64,000 nucleotides of DNA from Magallana gigas (Eukaryota): contig NC_088857.1 in the NCBI RefSeq assembly GCF_963853765.1, positions 8,866,001-8,930,000 on the forward strand, given 5' to 3'. The translations under genes were made by a program, and so were the position numbers. How positions within the stretch are numbered: position 1 is the first letter of the stretch; each line of letters begins with the position of its first letter. Under the pieces are notes generated by a model. That model made no database searches. It was not told the origin of the DNA and saw only the letters and a list, made by a program, of their open reading frames with translations. Positions 26,294 to 39,961 of this stretch are shown in pieces.

Positions 26294-28587
26294 TTAAGCA
26301 GCAACTGTTATAAATCAAAACATTTTTTTATCTAATACGTCAAAGACACTTTATTCATGTAACTATGTTTCCTATATTCATATACATTAACAATACATAA
26401 GTAAAGACTAATGTAATTTTGTATATTAAGAATACTTAAAATTATAATAAGTATGTGTATAATACCACACTTGGGCAGGCCACACGGCTCCACGTAGTAA
26501 CTGCCGGGTTGATAGTAACACACGGGTTCAGTGACGCCGTAGGCGGAGAAGTAGTTCCTGCAGTAGTTATTTGAGGGCAGAAAATCGTACACACTGGACC
26601 ACACAAGACAGGTCTTCCCAGAAACTGTTGTACTTGCTTGTCCTTGATAGTTTGATCCATCCCCTTCAAAACAATCGCCATCTTCCAAAAACAACAAAAC
26701 ACAGATTAAACAAAATTGATTCGTGTACTGAGTACGTCACTAAACTTATATACACCAGACGCTTAATATGCTTTTTGACATAACGAAAATAATTATAAGC
26801 TGTCATGAGTTTCATTAACCTGTAAAGTTAAAATATATTTCGGAAATAATAATCTAAAGGTAAAATGTAAACTTTTTTGTATATATTATTTCACTAGAGT
26901 TACAGGCTTGTGTACCTGTCGTGGACGAGGTTTGTGAACCATTGCTGTCGCCTCCACTGACGCATAGGCCATTCGAACACGAGTAACCGCTTGGACAAGA
27001 AGTGCACGGCGTCCCAGTCATGTACGGCTGCTGTCCGTTGTAATTGCCGCTAAATATTTATAAGATATGGAAACACCATTATTAGAGAGGAACAGTGTAG
27101 AAAAAAAGCGCGAACTCTAGAGGAGATACGCTTGAATCATAATTACGTACCCTTGGCCGTAGTTGCAAACCACTATGGTTCCGCCGTTAAAACTTGTTGG
27201 CAATCCGGTGAAAGTCGGACATGTATGCGATGCACATCCAACGTACTCAGAGTTTGCCCAAACCACCTGTAGAGTGGATAGGTATTAGAAATAAACATAG
27301 AAAGAATGGTCGTGAATAATCAAGCATACTTAACATTTATAAAACGGATGCTGACCACTGTTTAGTGCAACAACAATAAATATTCAAAAGAATTACATTG
27401 CATGCATGTTAAAGTAATAAAATAAATTCTATAGGCAAAAATATTTTATTGAAATGCCTATATTTTGCGTCTACTTTTTTCAACGATTCGTATCTTTTTC
27501 CTTTTTTTTTTTGGTTGACGTATATATAGAAATACGTGTTTGCAATTTAATAACATCAAACAACAGAGCATTGTAATTAAATTAAAATATCGTGTCAAAA
27601 GTCAGAAGAAGGTTCTAACCTGGGTGTAATGGCCGCACACTCCTAGACACGCCTGGTTGGTGTAATTGTAGGAAGATTTTTCGCTGTCCCAGGACTGTAC
27701 AGCAGATTTAGGATCAACCGAACCTAGTTTATAACAATCACTGCGATGCCAAATTCAACATTGTATGATCAGGCATAAGGGTGTGTACATATCACACTAT
27801 ATATGCATGAAGCATTACGAAATAGATATATTAGAAACAGTTGAAAAAAAACAAAGACCTCTAAAATGCAAATCATTGTCGATGGAAGATAAGAAAACGA
27901 GCATGATTTAAAAGACTTACTGACGGAGGTTGCATACAGGTTTTCGCCCACATAGGTGAACTGGGAAGTCAGTGCCTTGGTATCTGTGGTCCTAGCCGGG
28001 TTGTGGGCCCAGTTACATTGCTGCGCATAGTTCCGCGCAACTTGTGCCAATTCATTACTCCATTTCTAAAGCAGTACAAAATATTTCAATTACTTAGAAT
28101 TGAAGAAATGATTTTCTTGATAGCAAATTGGACCACACGTTAAAAGAGCTAGTGTTATTTTTTTTCTACAGACTGCAGTGAAACAGTTGCAACTGACTTA
28201 CAATTTTCTTCATGTTGGCGGCCTTTGGAACAACATTAAACCTCGCCTCGTTGTGAGCATCTAAAAACTCCTGCTCCTCTGTTGTGGTTTGTCGTCGTCT
28301 GCGAAGAACCTTGACCTCTTTAATTTTTCCTTTTGGATTGGATATCTGATCAATAGATTTTTTTAAAGATAACATCTTACTTTAAAGTTGTATATTCTCA
28401 CAATTAGACAACTTTCAAGTATACGTAAACTTACCTCCAGATCTAACTCTCTCCGAAGGATTCTAGCACCTGTTTTTGTAGGAAATCTAACCTCAAATGG
28501 CATCTTTTGTTTAACAGTTGCCGATTCAATAGCTACACCAGATAGCAAAAGCACGAGTGTAACCACCACAAACATGGTCAACTGCAT
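26294..28587 (-). CDS. Secreted CAP (SCP/PR-1/GLIPR-like) domain + Cys-rich hinge + kringle protein, paralog A (8 exons, ~340 aa)
   Basis: Exons 28587-28435, 28345-28202, 28065-27921, 27723-27620, 27266-27151, 27049-26916, 26681-26466, 26304-26294, in phase. Signal peptide MQLTMFVVVTLVLLLSGVAIES. CAP motifs FLDAHNEAR, MKKIKWS, GENLY, SWDSEK, CGHYTQVVWA, VVCNYGQGGNY. Six-Cys kringle C..GDGSNYQG.ASTTVSGKTC..W....NNYCRN. The last exon (VAA*) is tentative. Confidence 0.85.
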
Positions 28588-29164
28588 CCTTTTGAATTTA
28601 CTCGGAAATACTAGAAGCAAAAAACGGAGTCGTCCTTTTATATCATAATCTCCTCTGTTCAGAATAATTTGTATTTACTATACGTGTCAGAAATTGTCCG
28701 ACACTGTATTGACTTTTGCAAAATTTCTTCCTATTATAAACAGATAAACTTCATTTTAAACGAAGCTTTAATTAAAATGTCCGATACATCACCTGCCGTT
28801 CAGTTTTCCAATTGGTTGTTCAGCTGCTTAAAATTTATATTGTGAAAGGGGGAGGGGTAAACATCTTGTGTTATCACGTTTTTAACTGCTGTCCTACACA
28901 ATTAAGATAATTAATTAAAAAGAAGTAGATGACATCAATTCATAAACAATTCATAAACTATGACATCAAATCCCTTTAATATGATATTCTAATAGCATAT
29001 CATATCAAGAGAACAGAACAATATTACATACCTCCAAAATTGTCTAAAATAATTAGACAACGAAGAAACACATGAAGAGGGGGGTCTCCACGAAAAATAA
29101 CAAAATTATGTCGGAAACATTGCGACCGTAGACGTTATGTTATCTCCCCCCCCCCCCTTTGAAC

Positions 29165-29166
<2 letters not shown>

Positions 29167-29237
<71 letters not shown>
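29167..29237. repeat. (TC)n microsatellite
   Basis: Uninterrupted TC run of about 71 nt. Confidence 0.95.
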
Positions 29238-29238
<1 letters not shown>

Positions 29239-29525
29239 ACAGAGACGTGAGGTTAATATGAATTTTAATATGATTTGTCCTCGTTTGTTTTTACAATTAA
29301 ACATTTTGTTAAATAAATTAAAACTTTGTTATCGACACTATTGAGATACTATGCTTAACATGCTATTGAATTTCACTATGATCTATATGTAAAGTTGACA
29401 TGGATATCAATATGAGGTCAGATTCTCGATCGCTTCTTAAATCAAATACTAGTCTAGTGCAATGTAGTAGTTTCTATCTCTAATGAATAAATGCAGGAGT
29501 GTTTGATAATCAAATCTAAATTAAA

Positions 29526-30520
29526 TACAGGAAAACTCGGTTATATAGCGAAGTCCTATGGACCAATCCAATAAATTTACTTCGTAAAATCCGTAATTCG
29601 TCATACATGTATCCTTATCACGAATTCGTTATATTCACTATTATAATAGCAAATTCACTATATATGTGTACATGTTTTCTTTCATTAGACCACGATTTTT
29701 GCAAATTGAGGATTCGGAAGAAATTACATTCTTTTGACACTAATCATAATCGGATTGTTAATTGAAGAATTTATGTGAAAATAAAATCATTTAAACTTCT
29801 ATGTCAAACTTTTTAAACAGTAAATAAATTCGTTAAAAAAAATTTAAATTTCGTCATTATTCACCTGTATGGAACTCAAAATCAGTTCGCTATATCCGTC
29901 AGTCGTTATACATGTATATGAATTCGTTATTGCCGTAAAATTTTGTAAAGATTTGTTAAAGGTCACGATTTTGGTCAAAAATTATTTTTCCGATTTTAAT
30001 ATTTACAATGAATCATAAAGGCACTTTTAATAGGCAACCAAAATTTGATTGTCATTTGTTGAGTTATAAGCGAGTAAAAGAGCTTGAAATTCTTCGCTAT
30101 GTAAACAAAGCGTTTGTTTACATTTTGAACGTTGAAGTAAAAATTTCAGTTTTAAACCGAAAACAAATGTTTTAAACGTTAGGAAGTGATTACCTATGCT
30201 TAGAATAAATAAAAAGATAGACAAATAAGCTGGAAAAAAGATTTTTTACTGGTAATGTATATTGAACCTATGTAAACAAAAACAGAGCACGAGCCTTGTT
30301 TACATGGCAAAGAATTGTGAGCCCTGTATCTTGCTTATAACTCTACGAATGACTCTCAAATTTTATTTGATCATTAAAAAATAAGCATTGTAAATAATAA
30401 AAACATAAATATAGAATTTGATCAAAATCGTGACCACGCCCCATTAAGAATATTAACAGGGACTCAAAACACTTCCTATATGCGAGATTTTGCTATATCC
30501 TTGTTCGTACTAAACTTGTT
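29526..30520. mobile_element. Degenerate TA-CAG-type (Tc1/mariner-like) MITE interrupted by a TTAA element
   Basis: Starts TACAGGAAAACTCGGTTATATAGCGAAG and has recurring internal TTCGTTATA/TTCGCTATA motifs. These resume after the 29960-30443 insertion. The right end is approximate. Confidence 0.45.
29960..30443. mobile_element. Non-autonomous TTAA-targeting DNA transposon (Kolobok-like), family 1, copy 1
   Basis: TTAA on both sides. TIR GGTCACGATTTTGGTCAAA / TTTGATCAAAATCGTGACCACGCCCC, with a short deletion in the left TIR. Colinear with 48615-49100. Confidence 0.8.
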
Positions 30521-31194
30521 TGTAGCAAAGCACTAAAGGATTCTACAAAACATTCAAGCTGCTATAAAATTGTTTTTGAATAACTCTGAAATGATGGTGA
30601 AGTTGAAAACAATTCAGCTATATTCGTCTATCCAATATCATGCACAGAAGTTTCGGAGCCGCTCAAGCTTTTTAAAGAACGGAACAGTTCCAAATCCTAA
30701 TTCTTACCAAACTAAAGATGGTCTGTTTAAGGTCGGTTCTTGAATTCGGTAAAACTTTAGAGGAATTTGTCAAATGAAATATTTACAAAAGGAAACAGTA
30801 ATTGCGTATTTGATCATTTCTGAAAATTCGCAAAAAGAAATCATCGACCTCCCTCAACATTTATTATTTCTCTTCAGGACCTTCACTGGATACATAAATC
30901 GATATCGGGAAGTTTCCTTTATAGAACCGTTGTTAAGTGTGTCATATTTTTTTTTAAAATAAAAAAGTATGAAAAAAGCCAGAGTATAGATGCTTGTTTT
31001 TATTAGAAACTTGAAAAATGAATCACAAAACAAGAACATATTTTTATAACAAACAACTGTTATTATTTATCTTAAACATTTAGCTTTAGGAAAGACAAGG
31101 AGAGCCAAGTATTCATAAATATAAAATGATCCAGTGTCACATCCAAGGGGCGTAGGTCTGTACAGATCCATTAAACCACCAACAATGCGATTCA

Positions 31195-34100
31195 TTATTT
31201 CTTTCCTGCAAGATCAGTAAACAAAATTAATGTTAAATAAAAAGTTTTAAAATCTGAACGCGTTACATGTCAGACGACAACATTGGTTTCTAAATTTTAA
31301 GCACATGTTGGACATTTTCTTAGATTTTACGGACTTTGATATTGGAGAGAATGTTGAAATATAACTTTTTATACCGCATTTCGGAACTCCACAAGACTCT
31401 ACGTAGTAAGTCCCGGGCACCATGTAACAAACGGGCTCTGTGAAGCCAAAGTTTGCAAAGTAGTTTCTGCAGTAGTTGTTGCTGGGAAGAAACGAATACA
31501 CTCCAGACCAATTTAGACAGGTCTTTCCACTGACGGTAGTACTAACAAAGCCCTGGTATGTCGACCCGTCCCCGGTATAACAGTCCTCGTCTGGAAACAC
31601 GTTTAAAGTTATATCAATTACATCTTATTTGATAATACAATGAATACTGTACCAGACACTAGAACCTTACTTTATCTGAGAGTGATTACTATAATTGTAA
31701 AACGAGTTGCTTTCTTAGAGATTCAATTTGCTGAGTTTATTTTACCAGGAACATCCCCGTATCCAGTGTTAGTGGTCTCTGTGTTGGTGGACGAAGAGTC
31801 TCCACTTCCGCTTCCGGAAGATGTGCCAGACCCGGAACTTGTACTGTCACTTCCGTCCACACAAAGATTATCTGAACAGGAATAACCCCCGGGGCAGGAA
31901 CTGCACGAGGCTCCAGATACATATGGCTTCTCCCCATTGTAGTTGCCACTGTAATTGATTAAATAAATTATCAAATGTTGAGAGAAACAGATAAAAAAAG
32001 TTTTAAGTAAGACAGGAATCGTTACCCATTTCCGTAGTTGCAGACGACAATCGTTCCACCGTTGAATGAAGACAATCCCGTTATAGAAGGACACGTCTGA
32101 CTGGCACACCCCACATACTCAGAGTCCGCCCACGCCACCTGTACACCAATTAATGGACAATATAGCACATAACATGACTGTAATCATACTAATAACTAGT
32201 GACGTTAATCGATTGCAGAACTGCTAATCGGTTCATCGCAATTCTTAGCGACGGATTAACCGATTACTTGTATCAAACTACACAATTTTTTCATATTATT
32301 CTTCATTTGTATTTGCCAAATACACCACGACAACCACGACAGAAATATTCTGTTTAAAGTATGAAAAATATTCATCACAAATTTAAAAAAAAAAAATGTA
32401 AAAGAAGGAGCAAACATGCATATGTCACAATTTTGTACCAGTTCAATGTCTCAAATAAAATGTGATCGACAGATCAATCAAAGTTTTCATATGACAATCT
32501 CTAGAAGCCTTATTTGAAGTAATATTCTTTTCGGATCTTAAAATTATGTACATGTAAATGTATGTGCCCAATATATATGTGCCCAATATAAGCAAATGCA
32601 TTTGTTTTTAAAAATTAAATTTCCAAAAAAGGAATGGCAAAAAAAACCCTCGTTAAAAATAGCTAAGACAATGATAATAAACGCAGTACTCAACGGTCAG
32701 TGGTTCATTATGTATTAAAAAAAAAAGCTGAACAAGACAGAACATTTTATACGAGGAACTGATTACTGACAGTGTAACCGGTTACCATCGGTCCAACCGA
32801 GTAATCGATTAACCGGTTGGGATTTATATATGATAAATTTATTAAAAAGAGACAAATTGATAAGAAAGATCCTGGGCGAATGCGCGCGTGTGATTTTTGT
32901 TACTCGTTTAATACTGCCATTTTAACATATAAATGCAGTGTATAAATAACTATCATATCGAACAAATGGACAATATGCTAGTACATGTATTATACCTGTG
33001 TGTAATGTCCACAGACCCCATAACAGGTCTGGGAGCTATACGTGTAGTCGTTCTTTTCACTATCCCAAGCCTCCACTGCGGAACTTGGATCTACAGTACC
33101 TGCACATGAAAGAGAAAATAACATTTTCTCACTTCTATAAACTCGAATAGGTAAACTTTCGGTATCTTGACCTAGTATAATTTCCTTTGGTTCTGTTAAT
33201 GATCTGGATATTGTTATAGTAAAATATATTCTTCTACATTATTTCAATTAAGTTTAATTGTAATTAAGACTCTCATAAAGTCAGTTTTTACTTCTTGAGG
33301 TGACGTAAAGGTTTTCGCCGACATAGCTGAACTGTGACGTCAGAGCCGATGAGTCCGTGGTTCTTGCAGAGTTATGCCCCCAAATACATTTGTTTGCATA
33401 ATTCTGAGCTACTTCAGCGAGCTCATTGCTCCATTTCTATTAAAAAAAATTAAAACAAAAATAAAATGCCATCCTCTTGCTCAAGTTAAACTCTTGACGT
33501 GAATTGAATTGTCCGATCCTATTTCATTTTGAAATAAAATATTGTTTTAACTAAACTAAAAAGTCCAATTCTTTTTTAAAAGTAATTTTAGATTATTGGT
33601 TAAACAACGCTCACGGTTGCCAATATCATATGTAGGAACATGCGTTTGCCTGTATACCACAGAGTAGTTTATGAGGACCTATCCAGATCTTATCTATATA
33701 TTTCTTCATGAATGACAAATAAATCGTATTAATAATAGAACATCGATACATACGTGGATTACCAAAACTAGCCAATAATTGCCATTATTAAACGGCATAG
33801 ATTACATACATAAGTATAAATGATTATTGTCAGCTGATCAGAAAAAAATGTCATTCTTAAAATTAAAATATGAATTATTTGAAGCGTAGATACTATGGTT
33901 TTTACATGTCTTGATGTTTAGAGAAAATATGTTACCATTTTCTTCATATTAGCGGCGGTCGGTACAACAATAGATCTTGCTACATTATGAGCGTCCAGGT
34001 ATTCCTGCTGGGCAGAGGTGCTCTGTCGCTTCTGTCTGGTGCCTCTGGCAACTCTAACCCGGCCATTTGGGTTAGATATCTGTAGAGGAACCGAGCAGAA

Positions 34101-34485
34101 TCAAATAGATATCTCACATGGAGGACACTTCAATACACCGTTTAATTAAAATAAAACACATTTTCTAGACTATTGGCAAGAGATACGAAATGTTCCGGAT
34201 GTTTTCCAAACTACAACGAACGCGTTTTTATAGAACAATGTTACACATTTCATATGCATATTCTGAAAAGTCAATTTAGAGATAAACCTTTGTTAAAATT
34301 TCGTATGCAATACAATAAAAAGCTATTAACAACAAATTTACCTCTAGGTTGAGGCTGCGCAATACGTTCTCCAAGTCCTCTGCCTCTTTTTCCACTGTTA
34401 TTGCATAAGGAAGCTTGAATTTCGCCGCTGCATCCGCATATGCTGCCAGAGACAAACAACAACAAACTACGATCAAAACCTTCAT
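31195..34485 (-). CDS. Secreted CAP domain + Cys-rich hinge + Ser/Gly linker + kringle protein, paralog B (8 exons, ~359 aa)
   Basis: Exons 34485-34342, 34079-33936, 33436-33292, 33099-32996, 32138-32026, 31948-31746, 31590-31375, 31205-31195 have the same phases as paralog A, and exons 2, 3, 4 and 7 have the same lengths (144, 145, 104, 216 nt). Signal peptide MKVLIVVCCCLSLAAYADA. Motifs YLDAHNVAR, GENLY, AWDSEK, CGHYTQVAWA, and kringle CYTGDGSTYQG...NNYCRN. Confidence 0.87.
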
Positions 34486-36300
34486 TGTGGAGACAACAGA
34501 TATCTGAATTAGTTTTTTCAGAATTCCCTTTTATAGCATCTTTTTCAATCTCATTTATTGACGTCAAAATGTTTGTTAAGACTATATGTCCATATTAGTA
34601 TTTCTTTGAGACATAATCAAGACTGTCTTAGTGTCTTTGAATACTAACGAAAAGCGGCATGAAAAGTCACGGTTACAGTTTGCTGTTCAATACATTAAAC
34701 ATACACCTACCAAACAGTGTGTACTCTAATTAAAAAATGAAACAACGCCGACCGAAAACCTATTAAACTACTATTGGTGCCATTTCTGTACATGAATGTT
34801 GATAGAAAATTCCATAAAATTCACAATCTACTATGTACACAGTAATTTTCTCTAACTGAACAAGGTCACAATTACTGTAATAGGGTGGGAACAGGGGTCA
34901 AGAGTGAAATTTAAATGTATGCCTACTTGGATGCGGATTAAACGAAAATCGCTTTGATTATATCAAGGTCGATTCGAGGATTAAGTAAAGTGAACTGTGA
35001 TGGAATTCGTGGCCTCTAAGGAAGTATTCCTCCATTGTACAACAAATCCAGCGTCTTGTTATTTATGGGCGGTATAATGACTTGAACTCAACCTATTTGG
35101 CTGAACGTGAGGATTTGCTTTTTGGAACTTGCGAGATTTTGCAAACAGTTGGCTCCCTTTATTCAGTGATTGCGCCCTGTACAATGACCGAGGCATTGAA
35201 GACAGGGGCTTTGAGCATTGTGAGGTTTACTTTTTTATTACTACATTAATTTATGTATTTCATTATTACTGATCATTCTTCTGCTTGTCTTTGAATAGAT
35301 ACTATGAATTAATTAATGCACCTAGATGGAATACAGTTCCTATTACGAATTAGTCTGCATGCTGCTATAATATCATATTAATCCTCATGTTGTTTCTTGT
35401 AACACATTGATTACACTGCATATTCATTGTTTTTCAGTTGAAGAATCAAGATTTTAATCGGCTACCACAGGTAAATTTACAATATTGCTATATATGACCG
35501 ATATATCTAGGTCATTGTGCTATGTGCTTGCTATAAGTAAATATTAAACAACAGCTGCAGTTCTATAGAACTATAGAACGTATTTCACGCAATAAGGTAC
35601 ACATTGCTCAAGAGGGATGTGCGGCCATTTGTACATTTGAGGATAAGAATGTAAACATTTCTTGAACTGACTTGAACTCTACTACAAGCGATGAAGGGAT
35701 TTTATTTGTGTTATGTTTAAGTTTATCTGTAACACAAGACATTGGACACACAGCGGTCAACATATATTTTGAGGAAAAAGCACAAAATTACCTTGAAAAA
35801 TAAACACGTTTGCAGTTATCTCTAAATGATCTACTAATTTACTAAATTATTCTCCGTATCTTGTCAAACACCATAGGAAACCTGGACATTCCATTTAATA
35901 TTCATTTGTCGTATACAGGAATGCAGTCATCGTGTGTGTATAGATCCACTGAGATATAATATGGCGACAAGCAAACCTAACACTGCCTTTGGTTGTATAT
36001 AGATTTGACCGTTTTTTAAAATCATTTTTTAATTGACCAGCGCTCTAAAACTTAGATTAAATAGATCAGTAACAAAGATTTCTAAAACTGCTTCAGAGTT
36101 AACTTTGGTTGCTAATAAATATTGCCTTCAGAAATTGTCTTAACACAACCTATTGCATAACCAAAGTAAAGCTGTCTATCTTTTTTGTGTTATCTCTGTC
36201 ATGTGTGGCGAGATGTTTAAGAATAATGAACCGACAGGATAAAAAAATTGGGTTTAGTGCAGGCATGTAGCAACAAAAAGAATGAGCGGGTTTATTCTTA

Positions 36301-36830
36301 TTAGTCTCCTACCGGTTTTCACCGGAGGGGACTATAGCTTTCCTCTGCGTCCGTCTGTCTGTCTGTAGGTACGTCTGTCCGGCCGTCTGTCTGTCTGTCC
36401 CACTTCAGTTTTCCACACTTTTTTTCTTTATGCGTTTGAGGAATAATATGAAATTTGCTGAACAGCTTCAAAATGTCAAACTACAGATCAAGTTTACACT
36501 TTTGTAGCGTCTGGTCGGAATATATTCGAGAAAATTATTTTTTTATATTCAAATTTTTTAATGTTCGGGTTCGATATTCTGCGTACAGTGCATTGTTTTC
36601 ACAATTTTCACAAACCGGTAACTGGTAAGGGACGTGTATTGCATATGCAATGCTCTCAGAATTCTTGTTCTTATATCATATATACTTGTGTATATTATTC
36701 ATATATGCGGGTTTATTCAGATTCTTTTATTCTTCAATGCATATTCATGTCTACAGATTCTGAAATTGTGCACTTTCTCTGACTAATTACATGAACATTT
36801 TATCAAGAGACAGCATACTAGTATCATCGT
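36301..36830 (+). mobile_element. Helentron-associated non-autonomous element (HINE/DINE-1-like)
   Basis: Begins TTAGTCTCCTACCGGTTTTCACCGGAGGGGACTA (terminal inverted/hairpin motif), followed by a (GTCT/GTCC)n microsatellite. The right boundary is approximate. Confidence 0.6.
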
Positions 36831-39800
36831 TTCGTATTAGTGAATTTACATTGTAGCATTTATCAAACTGAAAATAGCATACTTTATTTTTGTTTTTCTG
36901 TTATAATGTTTACAGACCGCCAGCATGCTGATGAAATTAAAAAAAAAGCACAAAAATAATGTGAAATTTGCAACAAAAAGGCGAGTTTACGACCCACCTA
37001 GAAGCTACAGAGAAAGGATTAATGCAATGTTCTTTTCTTAAAAAGTAGGTTACCTAAAATTGAAATTTCTCAAAAAATTTAATTCTCAATAATGTAATAT
37101 TGTGTTAAGGAATGGTATAGATAAAGAAGCCTACGACACTTTGAAAATAGATGATTGTAAAGCAAGACAACCCGTTACCAGTGTCAACTTTGGATCTCCA
37201 GAGATCTCAGTCTTTGACTTATCACTTTTCCATAAGTATTGGTCCTTGGTATTAGTAATTGTTTGAATAAATAAGTTAATTGGTAAACTTCATATCATGA
37301 GATATATTTAAACAGTGCCTCTTTTACCCGGTTTTGCTCATAGAAAAAGTCTAGCGTTAATCAAATATGAAGACGTTGTGTGAACAATTTTTAGCAATTA
37401 TGTTCATAAATAATCTAGATCTTGAAACACAACACATCCATTGAAACATTGGGATAAGAATATATCATTGGGAATGCGTGTTCATCAAGTTTTTGAGCTT
37501 GTACTAGTCCCAACTTCCACACCAATACATTGGTGTTCTTGCACTCTCTACTTGTAAAACACGTGCTACTTCAAGGTCATCTAATTTTGAAATGCAAAAT
37601 CAGGAACGCTCAGGAATGAAAAAATCATTATGATAAACACAAAATGGATTTTACCCTTTTCAAATAACAAAATATGATTCATCAATTTTCCATATGCAGG
37701 CTTTTAACAATTTAACGTGTTCTTGATTGATTCAGGGGAATTTTGCCTACATTTGAACGTATTATCAAAGGTGTCTGTGACATGATATTTTCGTCAAATG
37801 CACAAAGACATTTGTAGAAGATAGCATCAACAATCAATAAAAAAAGCAAAACAAAACCAAACAAAAACGCATAAAAGACAGACGCGCCTACACACTTTAA
37901 CATTTGACTGACAACAGGCCAGAAAGTACACTGGTGAATTACCGATTTTTGCAAGTAAGTATATTTTTGTCTTTTTTTGACATTTTCGAGGCCTTTATAA
38001 AATAAAAAATCTGAAGTTATCTTATAAAATGCTATAATAAATTAAATACATATATTTTTTAATATATTTACCTTGTTTAATAATTAAATAACAAAAATTC
38101 TGATATTTTTGTCGGAGTATTTACCTTTTATTCAAATAATTAAAATTATATCGAACTAATTATTGAAATTATAGTGAATACACGCAAGTTCAAATCAATT
38201 TTGTTAGATGTGATACAATATCTACGCATACAAACTAAGATTTTACAAAATCAGGATTGTACCAAAATAAATAAAGTATTTACATGAATGTGATGTTCAC
38301 ATTGGAGAGTCAACCGTATCAAATATCTCTATTATAGATGCACAAATTTTACGTTGAGTGTTGCAGTATTTTCATATGGCTAAAGTAAACGAAAATAAAA
38401 CGTATTTGCAAATGGGTTTTGAGTTGCAAATGTCACTTTAAAAGTTTAAAAGTAAAGGAGTAGCAAAGCATAATAATCTTTGATACATGTATAATGATAT
38501 TCTTTGTAAATCATTTGTTTGGCTTGAAAGAGGTTGCATGTATATTCTTCTCTTGATCTTTTGTTTGTTTTAGAAAGTTGCATCGAAAGAGGATTTGTTG
38601 TTCAATTATTTGTAGGTAAGTTTCTCCATTTTCGTAACATTGATTTAAAAAAATATTCACAACATTACATTGACTTATATTACAATATATATTATCTTTT
38701 TGATCAATCGGATACATGATCATTTGATCTGTTTTCTAAGACATCATAAGAATCGTCACTGTAGATAAGTGAAATCAGGTTCAAACCTGAATTCATGCAA
38801 ATGGAATTGCATCAAAAAGCATGCAGTGTATTGACTTTCGTTTCGTTACTTAGTAATGAATCGTAGTGGTGAATCGTATAACATATTATGAGAGATGGAT
38901 AACGATGGTTATTTCAATACTATATTAATCTGAGACGAAGAAATCCTCATAAAGATGAATCTTAAAACTAAAATATTTGGATGTCTTGTTTGCTTAATAA
39001 ACTTTTATGGCCTAAAATATCAAGAACCTCTCGGCTGATGGCATTTTTTGACCATCTATCCTCATTAAGAGAGCAACCTTTATAAACTTCAAAGGATTTA
39101 TAGAATTGTTGTCATGTTTCTGCACTAATTATCAGAGGATATAAAGATCAAAGTTTTAATTTTTTTCCCAAATTGATCAATATTCAAAGCTGAGAGGCAG
39201 CCTATTCTATTATATAGAATATACTTTCATGGCATCAGACTCAAGTGTGCTGATTTGTCCGTTACAGATCGTCGTTGTCATTGTTGTTATCGTCGGCGTA
39301 AATTTTCACATCCTCATCTCCTGCATATGCGTTTTTTCTTAATTTTAAAGAACATGTTTCGTTTTTTATTTATTTGAGGCTAAGTAATTATGGCTTGGTG
39401 AATCGAACAAATACTATTACACTTAGCATTGAGAAAATCGATATATTATCAAAAACACATCATAAATTTCCCCCTTTTTATTTAATGAAATAAGATTTTT
39501 ATTGATTTTCCATGTTTCTAATAATTTAGCGAGTGTTTTATTGATTCAGGAGAACTTTGCTGAAATTTGAACCTCTCTAATCATCAACGGAATCTATGAC
39601 ATAATAGTTCCATTTAATCGAGAAAGAATTCACAAAGCAAGATTTTTAAATGTTGTCGTTTTCAAGTCATTTGATTTGGCTATTTTTACAACACTCCAGC
39701 TTGATTCAATCTCGAAGAGAGCCACTGCATAACCTCTACATTTTTAAAAAGATTGACTTGTTAAACTTGTGAATTGTGCTTAACATGTTGATAAAAGAAT

Positions 39801-39961
39801 TTTAAGTGTATTAGAAACCTTACTGAGAAAGACCCAAACAATTTTGATATATAACTTAAAATATTTCGTTGAGAGGATTTATATAGGCAATGTCTTCTAT
39901 CCCATCCGCTTATGTGATATATTGCATAATAGTATATTGTTTGAAATAAATATTTTGTTTA

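Noticed and set aside
32180-32830. AATCGATTAACCG-type motif clusters in intron 4 of CAP paralog B suggesting a hAT-like element
   Set aside because: Subterminal-like motifs are visible, but I could not define TIRs or a TSD.
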